A stretch of DNA of 64,000 bases from a virus (IMGVR_UViG_2599185236_000001:10466-74465); one strand, 5' to 3'. Shown: positions 35,404-45,518, numbered from the stretch's first letter. Made by a program: numbers and translations. Notes: generated by a model from the sequence alone, not told the origin.

Positions 35404-36321
35404 TCAGGCCGATTTGGCGTACCGCGCCAATTCGAGTGCTTCTGCGAAATTATCGTTGGCAGCTATGAGAAGACGCCTTCCCGCCTCGATCGCATACTGA
35501 CCTTTGAAGCCTCGGGCTTGCCCGATCTCTTTCAGGTTCCGCGCCTTGCTCGCCTGCGTCAGAACGTCGAAGTGATCGTCGGCCATGTATCCGACGGCCT
35601 CGTGCCATGACCTGCGCTGCTCAGTCTCCGACACCACATCCTGCCAGGCCATCGATCCACCGCCGGCGCATGTCGTCTTTCGCATGCCGAGGAAGCTATC
35701 GGCCACCTTCTGCGATCCGCAGGGCAGCCCATCCGGATAGCGCGTGATCAGCTTGCTGACATTACCGGCCTTGGCGTAGGCGTCTGCCAGGATCCGCTTC
35801 GCTTCCTCGCGGCTGATCTGCTGGCGTGGCTGGCGCTTCCGGGACGCCGTAACGTACCGACCCTTCCGGGTCTTGAGCATCTCGGCGAAATAGTCATTGC
35901 TGTCCGTCAGCTCCTGCGAGTTCTCGTCGCCGCCGCGTTGCGCCCGTTCCTTGTCGACCGTGCCGAGCATGGCGCCGGTCGGCATCCGATCCTGGAACGT
36001 GACGACCTTGCCGTCGATCGTGACCTTCATGGCCTGCTCGGTCTGTGTGCCGTCGGAGAAGCGCAAGCGACCGATGCAAACGGTCTGACCTGCATCGTTG
36101 CGATTTACCGGGCCAGCTTTGACCTGCTTCATCATCTCCTCGACCGAGGGCGAAATATCCCAGAGCCGTTCGGTCTTGAGGTCGGCAACGTCTTCCGGGT
36201 TGTTGTCGTTGGCCGGTGTGATGGTCCAGTTGGTCTGGATCGGCTCCGGCTCATGGTCCGGCGCGGTAGCGAAGGTCAGGAGCGCGTCGAGCTGCTCGGC
36301 AAGTGATCCGTGTCTGGCCAT
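35404..36321 (-). CDS. Conserved phage protein at the early/late boundary (candidate late-gene regulator)
   Basis: GAGGAG SD; last early-strand gene before the tRNA/packaging region; C-terminal HTH-like segment (LKEIGQARGFKGQYAIEAGRRLL). Confidence 0.65.
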   Translation of the reverse strand: MARHGSLAEQLDALLTFATAPDHEPEPIQTNWTITPANDNNPEDVADLKTERLWDISPSVEEMMKQVKAGPVNRNDAGQTVCIGRLRFSDGTQTEQAMKVTIDGKVVTFQDRMPTGAMLGTVDKERAQRGGDENSQELTDSNDYFAEMLKTRKGRYVTASRKRQPRQQISREEAKRILADAYAKAGNVSKLITRYPDGLPCGSQKVADSFLGMRKTTCAGGGSMAWQDVVSETEQRRSWHEAVGYMADDHFDVLTQASKARNLKEIGQARGFKGQYAIEAGRRLLIAANDNFAEALELARYAKSA

Positions 36322-36359
36322 GTGGTCTCCTCTGTGTGGTGGTGATGCCTCTTGCGACG

Positions 36360-36845
36360 CTAGGCGGCTTTGGTCCAGTTCGCGGCGATCCAAGCGAGGA
36401 CCAGATCAACAGCCTGCCTCGCTGCATCGTTGGGGGTAATGGCTGAAACAACCTCGACGTGGTGCCCGATCTTGGCGAGCGCAGCGTGACGTTCCTTTTG
36501 CTGCGGGCTGAGCCGGCCTTTGCCAACCTTGTTCTCGATCATCCGGATCTGACCGTTGGCAAGATAGATGCGGACGTCCGGTTCGCCTGGCGTCATTCCA
36601 GCGGAAATTGCCTCTTGCTGGGCACGCGGACCACGCTTGGCCGCGTTCTGATCTCCAGCTAGCAGGAACTGCTTGCCGTACTCAGGCATGGATCGAAGCG
36701 ACCGAACCTGAGCCGCCTGCAACTCCCATTCCTTCGGTAAGGCTGCTTTGGTCGTGACCTTGCCGCTGGCCGACGTGCGGATGATGGTACGGACGCCTTT
36801 GATGCGGACAGTCTGCTGGGTGGGTTTGGGCAACGGTTCCTCCAT
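36360..36845 (-). CDS. VRR-NUC domain nuclease
   Basis: EWELQ...GMTPGEPDV...IENKVGKGRLSPQQ PD-(D/E)xK pattern. Confidence 0.88.
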   Translation of the reverse strand: MEEPLPKPTQQTVRIKGVRTIIRTSASGKVTTKAALPKEWELQAAQVRSLRSMPEYGKQFLLAGDQNAAKRGPRAQQEAISAGMTPGEPDVRIYLANGQIRMIENKVGKGRLSPQQKERHAALAKIGHHVEVVSAITPNDAARQAVDLVLAWIAANWTKAA

Positions 36846-36909
36846 TTCGCCGATGAAGGATTATGCGACAGCGGGCGGGTTTGGTCAGGTTGTATTCCAG
36901 CCGCCCGTT

Positions 36910-37101
36910 TGCACGGTGCACGGTGCCCGAATAATTTTCTTGAGAACCGTGCGCGCAGCACACCGCCCTGCACGGTTGCACGGTAATGGGTATATATAAA
37001 TATATACCCTTATGACCGTGCACTAACCGGGCAGCGTTGTGCAGGTGTCTCCGCCCGGATATGCACGGATAATGCACGGTTTTTGAAAGTGCATCCGTGC
37101 A
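36910..37101. repeat. Putative replication origin: TGCACGG iterons around an AT-rich palindrome
   Basis: TGCACGG at 36910, 36917, 36969, 36977, 37062, 37073; inverted copies near 37016 and 37095; GGGTATATA-TAAA-TATATACCC at 36988-37009. Confidence 0.75.
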
Positions 37102-37142
37102 GTATCAGGGGTTGTATTGGGCGATTGTGGAGGTTGTGCCCA

Positions 37143-38420
37143 TCAGTCTTTCTGCAAACCTCTGATGTCCTTTCCCGTAAGCGAGACCTCTCCGCCTGGC
37201 AGCTTGAGATTGAGAGCGGACGCGCGTCCGAGGATGGCAGAGGCCAAGTAGTCGGCGGGATGCATATCGGCACCATCGTCTTTTTCGCTTTTTGAAAAAA
37301 GATTTCGGGATATTGTTTCAAGCAGGTGTTCCGGCATCGGCCTATCCTGAGAAAGCTTCCATTCCAGCGCCGCCTCCACGACCCAACTAGCCCGGTCGAT
37401 GTCGAGGTCAAACTGCTTTAACTGAAACTCTGCGTCCGCGTACCGCTCAAACCAACGATTCATCCACCTCAAGTACCACGCGACAATGCCCAGCATCGCT
37501 AGTGTAGCAGTCGCAGGCTTGATCCCTGCAACCGCTACCTGCAAGGTGGAAGCACCAGTAGGCACCTGCGAAAATTCGATGGTTAAGAATACGATCAGTG
37601 CGAAAAGAGCCATCAGCACGCATACGACAATTACATGAATCGGCCGCCGGTTTGCTTTAGTTTCCGGCGTGACCTTAAGACTATCTCCTCGTTGTGCAAT
37701 TTTGGCTTTAAGGTCCCGGTGCAGTTCACGACGAGCATGGGTGTTACTTCTGTCGTCTAGTTCTTTCTGTAATGCGGATATACGATCTCGCTCAGCTAAA
37801 AGTTCGAATTCTCGCTCGCGAATTTTAGCGTCGGCCCGTTCTCTTGCTTTGGTCGCTTCGGCCTCTAAAGCTTCTCGTCTACGAGCGAAATCGACCTCTA
37901 ACTCTATTCTCGCCCTGCTCGCTTCCTTACCGATATCAAGCGCCATTTGCTGCAATTGAGCATTTTGACGGTGGTGGGACGCCAGCACATCTCGGAACAA
38001 CTTCGGATTCTTGAAAAGCGAAGCAACACCCTCGTCGTCGCGCCCGAATGTTTCGCCGATCCTTATGCGCAAGGATGTGAAGATATCATCTGGAAGCGCC
38101 AAATCTGGACGACCATTTTCAGGTGCATGGTTTGATATTGTGAGGCTGTCATACAAGAGACCGTCAGCATTAGCGCCCGACCCTCGGTCGACAGTAATGG
38201 AAAAGTGGTCTCTCATCGCCCGCGCGTTGATCACCGTCGTAATACCGTCGCTGGGAAAATTATCAGGCTCCACATCATCGACTGCTACGGTTACAGATCC
38301 CGCGCCGTTTATTGTCGTCAACTGGATATTAGGTGCTTTGATTATCGCGCAAGCATCGCGAAAAAACTGGACCAGAGCTCTATCATTAACCTTTGGCACC
38401 ATTGTCTGCGTCGATGGCAT
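37143..38420 (-). CDS. Uncharacterised coiled-coil plus two-TM protein (moron)
   Basis: Long charged coiled coil, two hydrophobic helices, C-terminal soluble domain; DNA visibly AT-richer than the flanks. Confidence 0.75.
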   Translation of the reverse strand: MPSTQTMVPKVNDRALVQFFRDACAIIKAPNIQLTTINGAGSVTVAVDDVEPDNFPSDGITTVINARAMRDHFSITVDRGSGANADGLLYDSLTISNHAPENGRPDLALPDDIFTSLRIRIGETFGRDDEGVASLFKNPKLFRDVLASHHRQNAQLQQMALDIGKEASRARIELEVDFARRREALEAEATKARERADAKIREREFELLAERDRISALQKELDDRSNTHARRELHRDLKAKIAQRGDSLKVTPETKANRRPIHVIVVCVLMALFALIVFLTIEFSQVPTGASTLQVAVAGIKPATATLAMLGIVAWYLRWMNRWFERYADAEFQLKQFDLDIDRASWVVEAALEWKLSQDRPMPEHLLETISRNLFSKSEKDDGADMHPADYLASAILGRASALNLKLPGGEVSLTGKDIRGLQKD

Positions 38421-38515
38421 CGTTCTCTCCAGCAATAACCTAGCAAGACAAATCACACGAAAAAGCCGCCGCGCATAGTTGCACGACGGCCTCATCTACA
38501 ATCATTTCACATGGC

Positions 38516-40742
38516 TCAAGCTGCCCTGACGAACACCGCCATCTCTCGCCGGATCGGGTCGCGCTCCTCCACCTCGACGAGAGCACCCTCCTTGAACAGT
38601 GCCGTGACGACAGTGCCGGCTTTCTTCCTCGCCGCAGTGTCCTCTAGGTCGAGCCCCATGGCATAGGCCACGGCCGCGCCGACCCAGTTCTTGGCCTTGG
38701 CCGACTTCTTGTAGTCAGAGCCGCCTACTGCTGCCAGGATTGCCTGCCGCTGCTCTGCGGTTAGCTCGCCTGCCACTTCTTCCGCACTAGGCCACTGCCA
38801 CTCCGTCACGACCGGCGCGAAATCCTGCGGCTTCGTCAAGCCGCGCCCGTTGCCCAGAGGCACGCCCTCAAGCTTGCGCCAGTCCAGGCGCGACGACAGC
38901 GGCGTAAGGTTCGACTTGCCGTATGTCACCGAGAAGTGACTCATGCGATCCTCAGGCTTTACGCCCGCCTCTGCCGCCTGCTCCGGCGACATCCGGTTAA
39001 GCACGCGCACCGAGCGAGCCGCGCCGATCAGCGACACCGCTCCTCGGGCGTCTTCCACTGTCGCCTCGCGATCCGCCACTTTCCGCAAGTGGTGCACGAT
39101 GTCGATGCTGCAGTTGGTATAGTCCGCAATCTGCGCCCATAGCTTCGCGACCTTGTCGATCGCGCCGTTGTCGTTCTCGTTGACGCCGTGGGTGGACACA
39201 AACGGATCAACGATCATGACGTCGATGCCGTACCGCTCAATCTGCTCCACAACTGCCTCAACGATCGGCTGCTGGATCCGCACGCCGGCCTTCTTGTCCT
39301 CGATGGCGACGCAAAGCTCCTGCTCGCGGCCGCTGTCCAGGAACAGATGGCCTTCGATGTCCTCCGGCTTGAGGTTGTAGTGGATGCACGCCGCCATGAT
39401 GCGTCGCTCCATTTCGTCGCGCGGATCCTCCGCATTGAACACCCAAACCTTGAGACGCTGCGGCGGCTTGGTGCCGAGCAGTGCCCTGCCCGACGTCATG
39501 GCCAGTGCCTCGGCGATGCTGCTGGACGTCTTGCCGAGGCCCCCGGGGCTGACCGTGACCGACACGTATTTTCGGATGAAGTGCGAGCCATAGGCGAACT
39601 CGCGCCGCGGAATCGTGGCAGGATCGATCCACTTGAAGGCCGTGGCGGTGATGGGGGAGGAAGGCACGTTGTCGTTGGCCGCGTTCCCGCTTGGGATCAC
39701 ATCATCCGTTTCCGGCACGTCCGGCTCCGAATTTTCCCGTACGGGATCGTCGGCGACCAGCTCGCTCACCACATCCTCATCGACCCTCGCCTCCAGAGCC
39801 CTCGCCTTCTCTAGCCCACGCTGAATCATCCGCGTGATGTCGACCAGGCGCGTGTTGTCTTGCGGTTGGAAATCCGGCTCCGGAATGTGCCGCGGCTGCG
39901 CAATGCCAGCCTTCAGCCCGTTCTCGATCGTCTTGCAGCACCGCGACCAGTCCCTGCCCCAGCCGCGCGCCACGTCCTGCAGCAAGGCGCGCGCCTCAGC
40001 CTCCGGCAGTGCACCGGCGCCGACGAAAGTGCCGAGCGCGAACGCTGCGTCATTCAAGCTGTTGTTGCGGTTGCCCATCGGAGCGCCGGCAAGGTCGGCA
40101 AGCTCCCGGTCGACGGCAGCGTCGACGTAGGCGTTATTGGTCGCCGATGACGCCGTGTACTTGCTGTGCGTCGGCGCCGACTTCGGTAGCAGCAAATCCA
40201 GCAACCACGCAGGCGCGTCTGCGATCTCGCGCACGTCGTCCACCCACTTGTACTGCCGACCATTCGCCATCGTGCTGCCGGCCGCCACCACGTAGCCGCC
40301 CTCAGACCGGATATCGACGCCGGCGCCAAGAGCGCCGCGGTTGCGAGTGCCCACGACGTACTTGAAGTAGATGTGCATCCCACCGTTCGGGCTGATGACA
40401 CGCGCCGTTTCTGGCAGCGGGCCGTGCTCGGCCTGCATCTCGTCCAGCCACAGGAAGCCGTTCGAACCGCCGGGCTTGTTATCGATGTCCAGGGCGAAGA
40501 AGCCCGTCGGCGATCCCGTCGGCAGACCGACGGCCGCGTCGGGCCAATCCGTCCACCAGCGGTCAAGGATCCGGGCAAAACGCGTGGCTGCCTTGAAACC
40601 ATTCGTGGTTAGCGGGGTTTTCTCGCCGAGCATGATGATTTCGCCGTGTTGGTCGACGTGCTCCTCGGCGTGCGAACGGCACGGAAAGACCGGCCAGCCT
40701 TGTTCGGTGTAGTGCTGGGCTAATTCAAGCGGCGTTTGCAAA
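38516..40742 (-). CDS. Bifunctional Prim-Pol primase fused to a RepA-like AAA helicase
   Basis: GWPVFPC, FALDID, GGMHIYF, DIRSEGGYVVA, then SPGGLGKT and MIVDP. TTG start at 40742 with GGAGGAG SD. Confidence 0.93.
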
Positions 40743-40829
40743 GACAGTCTCCTCCGCTGCATTTCTATCTGGTCCTGGCGTTCGAAATCGAGAAACTTGC
40801 CTCGGATGAGAATCATGAGAGGAATCTGG

Positions 40830-41636
40830 ATGCCGTGGGGATTTGAGCGGGGTCACATCTACAACAGGCGCAGAGACATTCACGGTCGATTCAAAGGACA
40901 GGAGCGAGGAGGCATCGCGACGCCGGCCGGTTATCCCATCGTCTTTATCTTCACTGGCCTCGGAGGGCTCGACCACGGTTACAGCGATCGCTGGCGTCCC
41001 GACGGTGTCTTCGAGTACTTTGGCGAGGGCCAGAAGGGAGACATGAAGCTCAGCAAGGGCAACCTTGCGATCGCGGAGCACGCGGTTCGCGGCAAGAGCC
41101 TTCTCCTCTTCAATCTCCTCGCAAACACGATCCAGTTCGAAGACGAGATGGTTTTTGAGAACTACCATATTGAGCGAGCACCCGACTCGCACGGAGATAT
41201 GAGAGATGCAATCGTCTTCGAGCTCCGACGTCTGGAGGAAGTCGTCGACGCTACCGAGAGCGCGCTGCCGGCCTTTCCACCTGCGGCTTCCCTCGATGAT
41301 CTTCGACTGGCCGCCATGGCTGCAGCAAAGGCTGCGCCGAGTAGCAAAATGACCAGCGCAACCGTTTACGAGCGGAGCAGAAAGGTTCGTGACTATGTCC
41401 TCGCCCGTTGCGGTGGGAAGTGCGAGCATTGCCGAAAAGATGCTCCTTTCCTGCGCTCCAACGGCTCGCCGTATCTCGAGCCTCACCATATCCGCCGGCT
41501 GTCTGACGGCGGGCCGGACGATCCGAGATTCGTTATTGCACTTTGTCCGAACTGCCATCGTGAAGCCCATTTCGGTGACGTGGTAGGGCTTCGACAGACC
41601 CACCTCGCCAAGATGAAGGCAATCGAGGTCCTGTGA
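40830..41636 (+). CDS. SRA-like plus HNH modification-dependent (McrA-type) restriction endonuclease
   Basis: N-terminal GGIA...FIFTG..G.DHGYSD.W...GVFEYFGEGQ.GDM....GN.AI SRA-like motif; C-terminal CEHC...LEPHH...NVIAL-type CPNCHREAH HNH. Confidence 0.85.
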   Translation: MPWGFERGHIYNRRRDIHGRFKGQERGGIATPAGYPIVFIFTGLGGLDHGYSDRWRPDGVFEYFGEGQKGDMKLSKGNLAIAEHAVRGKSLLLFNLLANTIQFEDEMVFENYHIERAPDSHGDMRDAIVFELRRLEEVVDATESALPAFPPAASLDDLRLAAMAAAKAAPSSKMTSATVYERSRKVRDYVLARCGGKCEHCRKDAPFLRSNGSPYLEPHHIRRLSDGGPDDPRFVIALCPNCHREAHFGDVVGLRQTHLAKMKAIEVL

Positions 41637-41644
41637 TGGTACGC

Positions 41645-42046
41645 TCATGCCGCCACCCCACGGATTTCCGCCAGCTTAGCCCGCGTCTGCTCAACGGTCA
41701 GTATTGGTGTAGGCATATATTGCACATGATACAGCCAGCCATCGAACAGCTCATAGACTGCAAAGCATGAGAGTAAGCCCCACCTGATTTCACGGCCCAC
41801 GCCAGCTCCGATCGAACCATCGGTGAACCGCATGAAGGCAAGCCTGTCGCAGGACTCCACCACCTTCTTGAAGTAGTCCATGCCCTCACGGTCATAGCCA
41901 TCCTGGTGGCGGGGCTGGTCAGGGTTCTCGATTTCAAGCGGCTGAGTTGAGCGCTCTTCCGCCCAATACTTTCGTAACGCCGCAATCGCAGCCGCCTGCC
42001 GCTCCGTCCCGTAGTCCGTGACCGGGTGCGCCAGATAGATCCTCAT
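41645..42046 (-). CDS. Nucleoside 2-deoxyribosyltransferase-like (NDT) protein
   Basis: IYLAHPV...ENP...D...CD.L......S.GAGVGREI.W pattern. Confidence 0.7.
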   Translation of the reverse strand: MRIYLAHPVTDYGTERQAAAIAALRKYWAEERSTQPLEIENPDQPRHQDGYDREGMDYFKKVVESCDRLAFMRFTDGSIGAGVGREIRWGLLSCFAVYELFDGWLYHVQYMPTPILTVEQTRAKLAEIRGVAA

Positions 42047-42987
42047 GCTGCCTCCTCGTAATCGACCATGCAGCCGCAACCGCTGGATCCTGGTTCGTAT
42101 TCAAAGATGAACTGCGGCTTTGCCAGCATCCGCTCGGCAAACTCGTCGAGCGAGAGCGGCTTCTTGACGTTGTCGTTCGCACGGTCGGTGAGCATCGTCA
42201 CCGGCTTGCCGATGTACTCAGCCAGCTTGCGCTCCATCATAGCGTCGTAGGCATAGCGCTCCGGATCCGCATAGAAGCGGTTCTGATAGTGAGCGTGGCC
42301 GGCCTTAATGCAAAAGCCACCACAGTTGTTGTGGATGTAGTTCTTGCGGTAGAGCCGTGGTCGCTCAATTCCGGCCTTTGCAAGGTAGACGAACGCACCG
42401 ATATCGCCCTCGAAAGTGCCTAGTAGCGGCGCCTCATATTGCCATCCGGCCGCCATCTGCCGCTGCGCCAATACGTGATATCGATGCGCCTCATCTGGCC
42501 CGATGCCGACGCAGATGATATCGGCCGCCTTGTCGGCATTCACATCAAGCCAAGCGGCAAGAAAGTCTCGCTTTAGCACCTTCGAGCAAGGATCGATCCG
42601 GCTGTTGCCCAAAAACTTTCGATCCCGGAAAACTTCCCACGGATCGCGCCCCTCAACGAGCCAAGTCAGTTCCGGCATCACTTCCGCCACGTCGGCGCGA
42701 AGCTGGGCGAGGAAGGCTCGCCATTCCGGGTTGCCGGCGTAAGTGGCGATGTCAAACTCACCCAACACGCGGTAGTCTGGAAAGTCTGATGCCCTCGGTA
42801 GCACGTTGGAGACGTCGCGATCGATGAGGTGGGCAATGCCCTCGATGAGAAACCGGTAGCAGTCGGCATCCTCGTATAGCGTGTCAGCGAAGAGGAAGCG
42901 GTGCTCCTCATTAGGGTGTGCGGCCATATCGACTTTGGCGGCCAGCCAGGAGCCGGCTCCGCCACTAACGCTATGGTATCTGGTCAA
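42043..42987 (-). CDS. PAPS-reductase-like / PP-loop adenine nucleotide alpha-hydrolase with Cys clusters
   Basis: TTG start with GGGAGG SD; SVSGGAGSWLA PP-loop, FADT, CSKVLKR, GIGPDEAHR, HNNCGGFCIKAG, C-terminal GCGC. Confidence 0.8.
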   Translation of the reverse strand: MTRYHSVSGGAGSWLAAKVDMAAHPNEEHRFLFADTLYEDADCYRFLIEGIAHLIDRDVSNVLPRASDFPDYRVLGEFDIATYAGNPEWRAFLAQLRADVAEVMPELTWLVEGRDPWEVFRDRKFLGNSRIDPCSKVLKRDFLAAWLDVNADKAADIICVGIGPDEAHRYHVLAQRQMAAGWQYEAPLLGTFEGDIGAFVYLAKAGIERPRLYRKNYIHNNCGGFCIKAGHAHYQNRFYADPERYAYDAMMERKLAEYIGKPVTMLTDRANDNVKKPLSLDEFAERMLAKPQFIFEYEPGSSGCGCMVDYEEAA

Positions 42988-43325
42988 AAAGGCGCCTCCC
43001 CTTTTCTGATCACTTCCCTCAACTTGTCGGCGCAACCCTTCCAGATCGCGGCGCAGAAGATGAGCACTTGCTCTTCGCTCCATTCGGCTAGGTCGCTGCC
43101 GAACTCGTCGACCAGAGGCCCGGCCGCTTCCATGCCGCCCATGCGAGCCTCTAGCTCGTAAGGATCGAAACGGCGGACGCGCTTCAGCTGCTCGATGAGG
43201 ATGACGCATTCCTGGCAGAGGTATCTGGGCTCTTTGCCGTCACCGATACCAATGCCGATCGCGTGACGGCCGCAGCAGTTGCAAACGGCCGGTGTGTCTC
43301 CGACTTTGGTGGGTTGGAAGGTCAT
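42984..43325 (-). CDS. Zn-ribbon hypothetical protein (DUF6511-like)
   Basis: CxxC...CxxC, then GSDLAEWSEEQ. Confidence 0.65.
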   Translation of the reverse strand: MTFQPTKVGDTPAVCNCCGRHAIGIGIGDGKEPRYLCQECVILIEQLKRVRRFDPYELEARMGGMEAAGPLVDEFGSDLAEWSEEQVLIFCAAIWKGCADKLREVIRKGEAPF

Positions 43326-43396
43326 GAGAAACTCCTTCGAATCCGGTTGCATAATGGTTTTTGCGCTGGCAGGTTGCCCCCGGCTGGGGAAGCAAT

Positions 43397-44107
43397 ATGA
43401 CGAATTGGAAACGATGGCTTATCGCGCTTTGGGCAGCGTGGATGTTGCTTGCATACATTTTTGCTTGGCAGAGAGCGACTTGCGGCCTGCCTTGGGAAGT
43501 CGCGTGCTGGGTGAGCGGCTGGCAAGGTCTCGGTGACGTAATTCTGCTCGGCTGGGTAAAGGACTATCAGGAACTTCTTGCGGGACTCGCTGCGCTCGGC
43601 GGTGGTGCAGCGGTCGTCATCGCGTATCGTATGCAAGCTCGAGACACCGCAAACGCTATGGCAAAGGCAGCAAAATTGGACGCAATCAACTCTTGTAACC
43701 TTTCCTCTCAACGATTTATCGACCTGGCATTTGACATCGCGCATGGGCCTAACTTCGGCGCTAATTTCAACAGCGACCTCATCGTCGCCAGCTACCCACG
43801 ATTTTCGACGATCGACACAATGCTGGCGACGGTCACTATGGCAACGCTGAGAGACGTTTTGGGCTTCGTCTCTGTTCAGCCAACCAGTGACATCAGAGGT
43901 CGCCACATTACTGCCGCGGAGTGCTACGCCATCGCTAGGATATTGGATTTCGTGGGCAACAATCTCGACGAAGCTGGTACCTTCGATTTCAAGGGTACGG
44001 TGGATATCCCGCCGGCCACTTTGCGGAGCCACCTCGCATTCCTTGCCGTGAAGCCAGAGGCGTTGGGAACGTTGCGTCTTTTTTTCGATTGGAACAATCG
44101 GGAGTAG
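43397..44107 (+). CDS. Membrane-anchored hypothetical protein (moron, antisense)
   Basis: Two N-terminal hydrophobic helices and a helical C-terminal domain; opposite strand to the early operon. Confidence 0.7.
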   Translation: MTNWKRWLIALWAAWMLLAYIFAWQRATCGLPWEVACWVSGWQGLGDVILLGWVKDYQELLAGLAALGGGAAVVIAYRMQARDTANAMAKAAKLDAINSCNLSSQRFIDLAFDIAHGPNFGANFNSDLIVASYPRFSTIDTMLATVTMATLRDVLGFVSVQPTSDIRGRHITAAECYAIARILDFVGNNLDEAGTFDFKGTVDIPPATLRSHLAFLAVKPEALGTLRLFFDWNNRE

Positions 44108-44112
44108 CACGT

Positions 44113-44943
44113 TCATGCGGCCTCCCCGAAAAGATCCGCCTGGATAGGCGCGTTGTCATTTGCGACCACCGGCGTCGGCACAGGCTCGACAACCACCGTG
44201 TGGTCCGGCTCGAAATCAACGCTAACGATCTCGCACATCGGCGAAACGCCCTTCCAGTCGTTGATGTAGAATCCCGTATCGATGCCGCAGCCAGCGTCGA
44301 AGTGAAGCCCGGTCAGCTCCTGAAACTTGACCGCCTTGCCATCTTGCTGGCGCCGGTAGTGGCCGCCGCCGCTGAAGTTGAAGCCCGCCGACATCTGCGG
44401 CACAATGAAGGCGCCCTCACAGGCGAGGTGAGACGCGATGTCGATAACGTGGAATTCAAAGTCCCTGCCACTGTATCGCGGTGCATTCTTTTCGCGCTTG
44501 ATATTGCCGAATGGCGGATTGCTGATGGCCACATCGAACTGGCCGAGATCCATGCCCAGCACGTCCAGCACGTCGGCGAGGATCCATTCCGCTTCCGGCA
44601 GAATCTTCTGCCCGACAGCCAGGTAATCCGGATTCCGCTCGACGCAGGTAATGCGCGCCCTCTGATGGCTGCGATGCCAGCAGGCATACGAGAGCATGCC
44701 GATGCCGGCGCATAGATCGATGATCCGGCCGCCGTACCCGCCCTGCCCGATCGCATCGATCGTGAAGTCGAAGGCCATGTCGTATGGCGTGAAGAAAGCG
44801 CCCGCCGCACCGTTGACGTGGTTGGCGCCCTCGTTCCAATTCTTCAGCACGAAGTCCTTGTCGTCTTCGGTAAGGACCGGCTTAGTCAGCAGATCGCATG
44901 CCTGCGCATGCGCCTTCGCTTGAGCCTTTGTGAGCTTGGCCAT
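44113..44943 (-). CDS. Class I SAM-dependent amino-methyltransferase (probable N6-adenine DNA MTase)
   Basis: GAFFTP, IIDLCAGIGML motif I, ISNPPF motif IV. Confidence 0.88.
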   Translation of the reverse strand: MAKLTKAQAKAHAQACDLLTKPVLTEDDKDFVLKNWNEGANHVNGAAGAFFTPYDMAFDFTIDAIGQGGYGGRIIDLCAGIGMLSYACWHRSHQRARITCVERNPDYLAVGQKILPEAEWILADVLDVLGMDLGQFDVAISNPPFGNIKREKNAPRYSGRDFEFHVIDIASHLACEGAFIVPQMSAGFNFSGGGHYRRQQDGKAVKFQELTGLHFDAGCGIDTGFYINDWKGVSPMCEIVSVDFEPDHTVVVEPVPTPVVANDNAPIQADLFGEAA

Positions 44944-45518
44944 CAGGCGGCCCTCAGTAGGTCACCGGCCGGTGAATTATCGTTGGCGGCCTCGAACTTC
45001 CCAACCTGATTGCCCCACGCCGACCAGCCGGCCCAAGCCTGCCGAGCGAATAGCTCGAGGTAAGGGCCGCCGACGAGCTTCTCGATCCGGCCATACTGCT
45101 CGTCGGGCTTTCGGCTATGCTCGCGGCGCGGCGCGCGGATCACAGAGCGGACGCCACGGGACAGACGGCGCGGCTTGCCTCGCTTGAACAGGTGGCAGAC
45201 TTCCACCTCCTGGCGCGTCCAGTAGCCCATGCCCATCCTTCCTTTGTCCCAGACGAAGGCGATCGACACCGGCTTGAAGCCCCAAGCCGCGGCCACTTCG
45301 ATGGCGGCTCCCTGCAGGTGGCTGACGGTCCACATGAACAGGAGGCAGTCCTTCGCCGCTACGTCAGCAACGGGCAACGCTGTGATGTCGGCGAGCGACA
45401 TGACGTCGTAGGGTTGCCCCCCCCGGGCCGGAGCCACGCTCTTCTTGCCGTAGGTTCTGAACGCCCACGGCGGATCAGCAAGGATGGCGCCGAAGCGCCC
45501 CTCTGGTAAGGGATTCAT
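44943..45518 (-). CDS. MT-A70 family adenine methyltransferase
   Basis: ILADPPW, LFMW, EHSRKP, LELFAR..W.AWGNQ. Confidence 0.92.
   Translation of the reverse strand: MNPLPEGRFGAILADPPWAFRTYGKKSVAPARGGQPYDVMSLADITALPVADVAAKDCLLFMWTVSHLQGAAIEVAAAWGFKPVSIAFVWDKGRMGMGYWTRQEVEVCHLFKRGKPRRLSRGVRSVIRAPRREHSRKPDEQYGRIEKLVGGPYLELFARQAWAGWSAWGNQVGKFEAANDNSPAGDLLRAA

Noticed and set aside
40725-41648. 307-aa minus-strand ORF (and similarly 43322-44116 minus)
   Set aside because: Shadows of the plus-strand SRA-HNH and membrane morons, which have recognisable motifs or SD sites.
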